DNA from: Auanema rhodensis
Taxonomy: Eukaryota; Animalia; Nematoda
Direction of reading: 5' to 3'
DNA: 64,000 nt
NCBI GenBank assembly: GCA_964057225.1
Contig: OZ059899.1
Span: forward strand, 18,724,001-18,788,000
Position 1 is the first letter of the stretch. Every line of letters begins with the position of its first letter. This document shows positions 54,401 through 64,000 of the stretch, piece by piece. The notes under the pieces are model-generated. The model saw only the letters and a list, made by a program, of their open reading frames with translations, did not search any database and had not been told where the DNA came from. Both the position numbers and the translations under genes were made by a program.

Positions 54401-57400
54401 TTCAACGAAAAAATTAATTCTCCAGGGTGAAAATCGAGGATATAAGTGTGAACTTATATCAGTTGATATCTCGGTGCATTTTTAAGCTAGCGCAAATCTG
54501 ATAACACAGATCGACGCAGCTTAAAAATCCGCATCGAATGCACTATACTACATTGAGAAACGCTTAATACAAAAATTAGTTATGATCGTTTGAAAAATGA
54601 TGCATTAGTGTATGTTGAGTTTCCATGTACACTCAACATTGCTTCCAAAAACATTTTGACAAAAATTTTTCCGAAAAATTTCAAAATAATTTTGCAAAAA
54701 GTAGATGTTTTTAGATTCCTTTTTTCAAGGCAAAGACGATGGACAAAGTTATTCAACGAAAAAATTAATTCTGCAGGGTGAAAATCGAGGATATAAGTGT
54801 GAACTTATATCAGTTGATATCTCGGTGCATTTTTAAGCTAGTGCAAATCTGATAACACAGATCGACGCAGCTTAAAAATCCGCATCGAATGCACTATACA
54901 ACATTGAGAAACGCTTAATACAAAAATTAGTTAAGATCGTTTGAAAAAAGATGCATTAGTGTATGTTGAGTTTCCATGTACACTCAACATTGCTTCCAAA
55001 AACATTTTGACAAAAATTTTTCCAAAAAATTTCAAAATAATTTCGCAAAAAGTAAATGTTTTTAGATTCCTTTTTTCAAGGCAAAGACGATGGACAATGT
55101 TATTCAACGAAAAAATTAATTCTCCAGGGTGAAAATCGAGGATGTAAGTGTGAACTTATATCAGTTGATATCTCGGTGCATTTTTAAGCTAGCACAAATC
55201 TGATAACACAGATCGACGCAGCTTAAAAATCCGCATCGAATGCACTATACAACATTGAGAAACGCTTAATACAAAAATTAGTTATGATCGTTTGAAAAAT
55301 GATGCATTAGTGTATGTTGAGTTTCCATGTACACTCAACATTGCTTCCAAAAACATTTTTACAAAAATTTTTCCGGAAAATTTCGAAACAATTTCGCAAA
55401 AAGTAGATGTTTTTAGATTCCTTTTTTCAAGGCAAAGACGATGGACAATGTTATTCAACGAAAAAATTAATTCTGCAGGGTGAAAATCGAGGATATAAGT
55501 GTGAACTTATATCAGTTGATATCTCGGTGCATTTTTAAGCTAGCGCAAATCTGATAACACAGATCGACGCAGCTTAAAAATCCGCATCGAATGCACTATA
55601 CTACATTGAGAAACGCTTAATACAAAAATTAGTTATGATCGTTTGAAAAATGATGCATTAGTGTATGTTGAGTCTCCATGTACACTCAACATTGCTTCCA
55701 AAAACATTTTTACAAAAATTTTTCCGAAAAATTTCGAAACAATTTCGCAAAAAGTAGATGTTTTTAGATTCCTTTTTTCAAGGCAAAGACGATGGACAAT
55801 GTTATTCAACGAAAAAATTAATTCTGCAGGGTGAAAATCGAGGATATAAGTGTGAACTTATATCAGTTGATATCTCGGTGCATTTTTAAGCTAGCGCAAA
55901 TCTGATAACACAGATCGACGCAGCTTAAAAATCCGCATCGAATGCACTATACAACATTGAGAAACGCTTAATACAAAAATTAGTTATGATCGTTTGAAAA
56001 ATGATGCATTAGTGTATGTTGAGTTTCCATGTACACTCAACATTGCTTCCAAAAACATTTTTACAAAAATTTTTCCGGAAAATTTCGAAACAATTTCGCA
56101 AAAAGTAGATGTTTTTAGATTCCTTTTTTCAAGGCAAAGACGATGGACAATGTTATTCAACGAAAAAATTAATTCTGCAGGGTGAAAATCGAGGATATAA
56201 GTGTGAACTTATATCAGTTGATATCTCGGTGCATTTTTAAGCTAGCGCAAATCTGATAACACAGATCGACGCAGCTTAAAAATCCGCATCGAATGCACTA
56301 TACTACATTGAGAAACGCTTAATACAAAAATTAGTTATGATCATTTGAAAAATGATGCATTAGTGTATGTTGAGTTTCCATGTACACTCAACATTGCTTC
56401 CAAAAACATTTTGACAAAAATTTTTCCGAAAAATTTCAAAATAATTTTGCAAAAAGTAGATGTTTTTAGATTCCTTTTTTCAAGGCAAAGACGATGGACA
56501 AAGTTATTCAACGAAAAAATTAATTCTGCAGGGTGAAAATCGAGGATATAAGTGTGAACTTATATCAGTTGATATCTCGGTGCATTTTTAAGCTAGCGCA
56601 AATCTGATAACACAGATCGACGCAGCTTAAAAAGCCGCATCGAATGCACTATACAACATTGAGAAACGCTTAATACAAAAATTAGTTATGATCGTTTGAA
56701 AAATGATGCATTAGTGTATGTTGAGTTTCCATGTACACTCAACATTGCTTCCAAAAACATTTTGACAAAAATTTTTCCGAAAAATTTCAAAATAATTTTG
56801 CAAAAAGTAGATGTTTTTAGATTCCTTTTTTCAAGGCAAAGACGATGGACAAAGTTATTCAACGAAAAAATTAATTCTGCAGGGTGAAAATCGAGGATAT
56901 AAGTGTGAACTTATATCAGTTGATATCTCGGTGCATTTTTAAGCTAGCGCAAATCTGATAACACAGATCGACGCAGCTTAAAAATCCGCATCGAATGCAC
57001 TATACAACATTGAGAAACGCTTAATACAAAAATTAGTTAAGATCGTTTGAAAAAAGATGCATTAGTGTATGTTGAGTTTCCATGTACACTCAACATTGCT
57101 TCCAAAAACATTTTGACAAAAATTTTTCCAAAAAATTTCAAAATAATTTCGCAAAAAGTAAATGTTTTTAGATTCTTTTTTTCAAGGCAAAGACGATGGA
57201 CAATGTTATTCAACGAAAAAATTAATTCTCCAGGGTGAAAATCGAGGATATAAGTGTGAACTTATATCAGTTGATATCTCGGTGCATTTTTAAGCTAGCG
57301 CAAATCTGATAACACAGATCGACGCAGCTTAAAAAGCCGCATCGAATGCACTATACAACATTGAGAAACGCTTAATACAAAAATTAGTTATGATCGTTTG

Positions 57401-60400
57401 AAAAATGATGCATTAGTGTATGTTGAGTCTCCATGTACACTCAACATTGCTTCCAAAAACATTTTTACAAAAATTTTTCCGAAAAATTTCGAAACAATTT
57501 CGCAAAAAGTAGATGTTTTTAGATTCCTTTTTTCAAGGCAAAGACGATGGACAATGTTATTCAACGAAAAAATTAATTCTGCAGGGTGAAAATCGAGGAT
57601 ATAAGTGTGAACTTATATCAGTTGATATCTCGGTGCATTTTTAAGCTAGCGCAAATCTGATAACACAGATCGACGCAGCTTAAAAATCCGCATCGAATGC
57701 ACTATACAACATTGAGAAACGCTTAATACAAAAATTAGTTATGATCGTTTGAAAAAAGATGCATTAGTGTATGTTGAGTTTCCATGTACACTCAACATTG
57801 CTTCCAAAAACATTTTGACAAAAATTTTTCCAAAAAATTTCAAAATAATTTCGCAAAAAGTAAATGTTTTTAGATTTTTTTTTTCAAGGCAAAGACGATG
57901 GACAATGTTATTCAACGAAAAAATTAATTCTCCAGGGTGAAAATCGAGGATGTAAGTGTGAACTTATATCAGTTGATATCTCGGTGCATTTTTAAGGTAG
58001 CGCAAATCTGATAACACAGATCGACGCAGCTTAAAAATCCGCATCGAATGCACTATACAACATTGAGAAACGCTTAATACAAAAATTAGTTATGATCGTT
58101 TGAAAAATGATGCATTAGTGTGTGTTGAGTTTCCATGTACACTCAACATTGCTTCCAAAAACATTTTTACAAAAATTTTTCCGGAAAATTTCGAAACAAT
58201 TTCGCAAAAAGTAGATGTTTTTAGATTCCTTTTTTCAAGGCAAAGACGATGGACAATGTTATTCAACGAAAAAATTAATTCTGCAGGGTGAAAATCGAGG
58301 ATATAAGTGTGAACTTATATCAGTTGATATCTCGGTGCATTTTTAAGCTAGCGCAAATCTGATAACACAGATCGACGCAGCTTAAAAAGCCGCATCGAAT
58401 GCACTATACAACATTGAGAAACGCTTAATACAAAAATTAGTTATGATCGTTTGAAAAATGATGCATTAGTGTATGTTGAGTCTCCATGTACACTCAACAT
58501 TGCTTCCAAAAACATTTTTACAAAAATTTTTCCGAAAAATTTCGAAACAATTTCGCAAAAAGTAGATGTTTTTAGATTCCTTTTTTCAAGGCAAAGACGA
58601 TGGACATTGTTATTCAACGAAAAAATTAATTCTGCAGGGTGAAAATCGAGGATATAAGTGTGAACTTATATCAGTTGATATCTCGGTGCATTTTTAAGGT
58701 AGCGCAAATCTGATAACACAGATCGACGCAGCTTAGAAATCCGCATCGAATGCACTATACTACATCGAGAAACGCTTAATACAAAAATTAGTTATGATCG
58801 TTTGAAAAAAGATGCATTAGTGTAAGTTGAGTTTCCATGTACACTCAACATTGCTTCCAAAAACATTTTGACAAAAATTTTTCCAAAAAATTTCAAAATA
58901 ATTTCGCAAAAAGTAAATGTTTTTAGATTCTTTTTTTCAAGGCAAAGACGATGGACAATGTTATTCAACGAAAAAATTAATTCTCCAGGGTGAAAATCGA
59001 GGATATAAGTGTGAACTTATATCAGTTGATATCTCGGTGCATTTTTAAGCTAGCGCAAATCTGATAACACAGATCGACGCAGCTTAAAAAGCCGCATCGA
59101 ATGCACTATACAACATTGAGAAACGCTTAATACAAAAATTAGTTATGATCGTTTGAAAAATGATGCATTAGTGTATGTTGAGTCTCCATGTACACTCAAC
59201 ATTGCTTCCAAAAACATTTTTACAAAAATTTTTCCGAAAAATTTCGAAACAATTTCGCAAAAAGTAGATGTTTTTAGATTCCTTTTTTCAAGGCAAAGAC
59301 GATGGACAATGTTATTCAACGAAAAAATTAATTCTGCAGGGTGAAAATCGAGGATATAAGTGTGAACTTATATCAGTTGATATCTCGGTGCATTTTTAAG
59401 CTAGCGCAAATCTGATAACACAGATCGACGCAGCTTAAAAATCCGCATCGAATGCACTATACAACATTGAGAAACGCTTAATACAAAAATTAGTTATGAT
59501 CGTTTGAAAAAAGATGCATTAGTGTATGTTGAGTTTCCATGTACACTCAACATTGCTTCCAAAAACATTTTGACAAAAATTTTTCCAAAAAATTTCAAAA
59601 TAATTTCGCAAAAAGTAAATGTTTTTAGATTCTTTTTTTCAAGGCAAAGACGATGGACAATGTTATTCAACGAAAAAATTAATTCTCCAGGGTGAAAATC
59701 GAGGATGTAAGTGTGAACTTATATCAGTTGATATCTCGGTGCATTTTTAAGGTAGCGCAAATCTGATAACACAGATCGACGCAGCTTAAAAATCCGCATC
59801 GAATGCACTATACAACATTGAGAAACGCTTAATACAAAAATTAGTTATGATCGTTTGAAAAATGATGCATTAGTGTGTGTTGAGTTTCCATGTACACTCA
59901 ACATTGCTTCCAAAAACATTTTTACAAAAATTTTTCCGGAAAATTTCGAAACAATTTCGCAAAAAGTAGATGTTTTTAGATTCCTTTTTTCAAGGCAAAG
60001 ACGATGGACAATGTTATTCAACGAAAAAATTAATTCTGCAGGGTGAAAATCGAGGATATAAGTGTGAACTTATATCAGTTGATATCTCGGTGCATTTTTA
60101 AGCTAGCGCAAATCTGATAACACAGATCGACGCAGCTTAAAAAGCCGCATCGAATGCACTATACAACATTGAGAAACGCTTAATACAAAAATTAGTTATG
60201 ATCGTTTGAAAAATGATGCATTAGTGTATGTTGAGTCTCCATGTACACTCAACATTGCTTCCAAAAACATTTTTACAAAAATTTTTCCGAAAAATTTCGA
60301 AACAATTTCGCAAAAAGTAGATGTTTTTAGATTCCTTTTTTCAAGGCAAAGACGATGGACATTGTTATTCAACGAAAAAATTAATTCTGCAGGGTGAAAA

Positions 60401-63400
60401 TCGAGGATATAAGTGTGAACTTATATCAGTTGATATCTCGGTGCATTTTTAAGGTAGCGCAAATCTGATAACACAGATCGACGCAGCTTAGAAATCCGCA
60501 TCGAATGCACTATACTACATCGAGAAACGCTTAATACAAAAATTAGTTATGATCGTTTGAAAAAAGATGCATTAGTGTAAGTTGAGTTTCCATGTACACT
60601 CAACATTGCTTCCAAAAACATTTTTACAAAAATTTTTCCGAAAAATTTCGAAATAATTTCGCAGAAAGTAGATGTTTTTAAATTCCTTTTTTCAAGGCAA
60701 AGACGATGGACATTGTTATTCAACGAAAAAATTAATTCTGCAGGGTGAAAATCGAGGATATAAGTGTGAACTTATATCAGTTGATATCTCGGTGCATTTT
60801 TAAGCTAGCGCAAATCTGATAACACAGATCGACGCAGCTTAAAAATCCGCATCGAATGCACTATACAACATTGAGAAACGCTTAATACAAAAATTAGTTA
60901 AGATCGTTTGAAAAATGATGCATTAGTGTATGTTGAGTCTCCATGTACACTCAACATTGCTTCCAAAAACATTTTTACAAAAATTTTTCCGAAAAATTTC
61001 GAAACAATTTCGCAAAAAGTAGATGTTTTTAGATTCCGTTTTTCAAGGCAAAGACGATGGACAAAGTTATTCAACGAAAAAATTAATTCTGCAGGGTGAA
61101 AATCGAGGATGTAAGTGTGAACTTATATCAGTTGATATCTCGGTGCATTTTTAAGCTAGCGCAAATCTGATAACACAGATCGACGCAGCTTAGAAATCCG
61201 CATCGAATGCACTATACTACATCGAGAAACGCTTAATACAAAAATTAGTTATGATCGTTTGAAAAATGATGCATTAGTGTATGTTGAGTCTCCATGTACA
61301 CTCAACATTGCTTCCAAAAACATTTTTACAAAAATTTTTCCGAAAAATTTCGAAACAATTTCGCAAAAAGTAGATGTTTTTAGATTCCGTTTTTCAAGGC
61401 AAAGACGATGGACAAAGTTATTCAACGAAAAAATTAATTCTGCAGGGTGAAAATCGAGGATATAAGTGTGAACTTATATCAGTTGATATCTCGGTGCATT
61501 TTTAAGCTAGCGCAAATCTGATAACACAGATCGACGCAGCTTAAAAATCCGCATCGAATGCACTATACTACATCGAGAAACGCTTAATACAAAAATTAGT
61601 TATGATCGTTTGAAAAAAGATGCATTAGTGTATGTTGAGTTTCCATGTACACTCAACATTGCTTCCAAAAACATTTTGACAAAAATTTTTCCAAAAAATT
61701 TCAAAATAATTTCGCAAAAAGTAAATGTTTTTAGATTCTTTTTTTCAAGGCAAAGACGATGGACAATGTTATTCAACGAAAAAATTAATTCTCCAGGGTG
61801 AAAATCGAGGATGTAAGTGTGAACTTATATCAGTTGATATCTCGGTGCATTTTTAAGGTAGCGCAAATCTGATAACACAGATCGACGCAGCTTAAAAATC
61901 CGCATCGAATGCACTATACAACATTGAGAAACGCTTAATACAAAAATTAGTTATGATCGTTTGAAAAATGATGCATTAGTGTGTGTTGAGTTTCCATGTA
62001 CACTCAACATTGCTTCCAAAAACATTTTTACAAAAATTTTTCCGGAAAATTTCGAAACAATTTCGCAAAAAGTAGATGTTTTTAGATTCCTTTTTTCAAG
62101 GCAAAGACGATGGACAATGTTATTCAACGAAAAAATTAATTCTGCAGGGTGAAAATCGAGGATATAAGTGTGAACTTATATCAGTTGATATCTCGGTGCA
62201 TTTTTAAGCTAGCGCAAATCTGATAACACAGATCGACGCAGCTTAAAAAGCCGCATCGAATGCACTATACAACATTGAGAAACGCTTAATACAAAAATTA
62301 GTTATGATCGTTTGAAAAATGATGCATTAGTGTATGTTGAGTCTCCATGTACACTCAACATTGCTTCCAAAAACATTTTTACAAAAATTTTTCCGAAAAA
62401 TTTCGAAACAATTTCGCAAAAAGTAGATGTTTTTAGATTCCTTTTTTCAAGGCAAAGACGATGGACATTGTTATTCAACGAAAAAATTAATTCTGCAGGG
62501 TGAAAATCGAGGATATAAGTGTGAACTTATATCAGTTGATATCTCGGTGCATTTTTAAGGTAGCGCAAATCTGATAACACAGATCGACGCAGCTTAGAAA
62601 TCCGCATCGAATGCACTATACTACATCGAGAAACGCTTAATACAAAAATTAGTTATGATCGTTTGAAAAAAGATGCATTAGTGTAAGTTGAGTTTCCATG
62701 TACACTCAACATTGCTTCCAAAAACATTTTTACAAAAATTTTTCCGAAAAATTTCGAAATAATTTCGCAGAAAGTAGATGTTTTTAAATTCCTTTTTTCA
62801 AGGCAAAGACGATGGACATTGTTATTCAACGAAAAAATTAATTCTGCAGGGTGAAAATCGAGGATATAAGTGTGAACTTATATCAGTTGATATCTCGGTG
62901 CATTTTTAAGCTAGCGCAAATCTGATAACACAGATCGACGCAGCTTAAAAATCCGCATCGAATGCACTATACAACATTGAGAAACGCTTAATACAAAAAT
63001 TAGTTAAGATCGTTTGAAAAATGATGCATTAGTGTATGTTGAGTCTCCATGTACACTCAACATTGCTTCCAAAAACATTTTTACAAAAATTTTTCCGAAA
63101 AATTTCGAAACAATTTCGCAAAAAGTAGATGTTTTTAGATTCCGTTTTTCAAGGCAAAGACGATGGACAAAGTTATTCAACGAAAAAATTAATTCTGCAG
63201 GGTGAAAATCGAGGATGTAAGTGTGAACTTATATCAGTTGATATCTCGGTGCATTTTTAAGCTAGCGCAAATCTGATAACACAGATCGACGCAGCTTAGA
63301 AATCCGCATCGAATGCACTATACTACATCGAGAAACGCTTAATACAAAAATTAGTTATGATCGTTTGAAAAATGATGCATTAGTGTATGTTGAGTCTCCA

Positions 63401-64000
63401 TGTACACTCAACATTGCTTCCAAAAACATTTTTACAAAAATTTTTCCGAAAAATTTCGAAACAATTTCGCAAAAAGTAGATGTTTTTAGATTCCGTTTTT
63501 CAAGGCAAAGACGATGGACAAAGTTATTCAACGAAAAAATTAATTCTGCAGGGTGAAAATCGAGGATATAAGTGTGAACTTATATCAGTTGATATCTCGG
63601 TGCATTTTTAAGCTAGCGCAAATCTGATAACACAGATCGACGCAGCTTAAAAATCCGCATCGAATGCACTATACTACATCGAGAAACGCTTAATACAAAA
63701 ATTAGTTATGATCGTTTGAAAAAAGATGCATTAGTATATGTTGAGTTTCCATGTACACTCAACATTGCTTCCAAAAACATTTTGACAAAAATTTTTCCAA
63801 AAAATTTCAAAATAATTTCGCAAAAAGTAAATGTTTTTAGATTCCGTTTTTCAAGGCAAAGACGATGGACAAAGTTATTCAACGAAAAAATTAATTCTGC
63901 AGGGTGAAAATCGAGGATATAAGTGTGAACTTATATCAGTTGATATCTCGGTGCATTTTTAAGCTAGCGCAAATCTGATAACACAGATCGACGCAGCTTA
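51431..64000. repeat. Variant domain IV: 3-mer, 5-mer and 6-mer units
   Basis: The markers gagtctcc (ESP, from monomer 55643), gtgtgtgttg (VCV), tagtgcaa and ctacatcgag occur here. A 6-mer is duplicated at 59504-61609 and 61610-63715. Confidence 0.8.

Larger units (their letters stand above)
1..64000. repeat. 351-bp monomer tandem satellite DNA array, ~182 head-to-tail copies, running off both window ends
   Basis: The motif ttgaaaaa(t/a)gatgcattag recurs every 351 bp from 187 to 63716 (63716-187 = 181x351-2). All copies are in the same orientation with no intervening unique sequence. Monomers differ by a handful of substitutions. Confidence 0.99.

Noticed and set aside
187-63907. Tandem array of ~170 genes for a 63-aa peptide (MKNDALVYVEFPC...)
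   Set aside because: The start is TTG and I recognise no domain. Common variants are mostly amino-acid changing. Stop alleles (1049, 2804, ~42478 and every S monomer) are freely amplified. The recurrence simply follows the 351-bp period.
1-64000. One giant repeat-protein ORF, since 351 is divisible by 3
   Set aside because: The six-frame track shows nothing longer than 79 aa and no minus-strand ORFs, so no frame stays open across a monomer.
1-64000. CRISPR array or integron-like cassette array (palindromic repeats at regular spacing)
   Set aside because: The sequence between palindromes is itself repeated, with no unique spacers or cassettes. No cas or integrase gene is present.
1-64000. 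Assignment to a named satellite family or species (several insect satellites are ~340-370 bp)
   Set aside because: Only length and AT-richness are similar. I cannot confirm sequence identity without a database search.
1-64000. Hidden insertion, inversion or transposon within the array
   Set aside because: The phase is maintained throughout apart from two 1-bp deletions. All gaps in the ORF track are explained by point stop codons.

Overview
The whole 64-kb window is one uninterrupted head-to-tail tandem array of a 351-bp AT-rich monomer (about 182 copies; 32.5% GC by hand count of 181-531). It is typical eukaryotic satellite DNA, plausibly centromeric or pericentromeric heterochromatin. I found no supportable gene, RNA gene, CRISPR array, transposon insertion or inversion. 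The ~170 near-identical 63-aa ORFs are the same TTG-started reading frame in each monomer. They are not credible genes, but they are a useful barcode of monomer variants. The structure worth noting is at three levels. (1) Each monomer is tiled by four dyad-symmetry elements and an A/T-tract subrepeat. (2) Monomer length is strongly conserved: the only length change is one 1-bp deletion, present twice through duplication. (3) The array divides into four variant domains with short-lived higher-order repeats (2-, 3-, 4-, 5-, 6/7- and 12-mers) and recombinant monomers that record unequal exchange. I cannot assign the species or satellite family from sequence alone, and I see no evidence for a novel protein-coding system.
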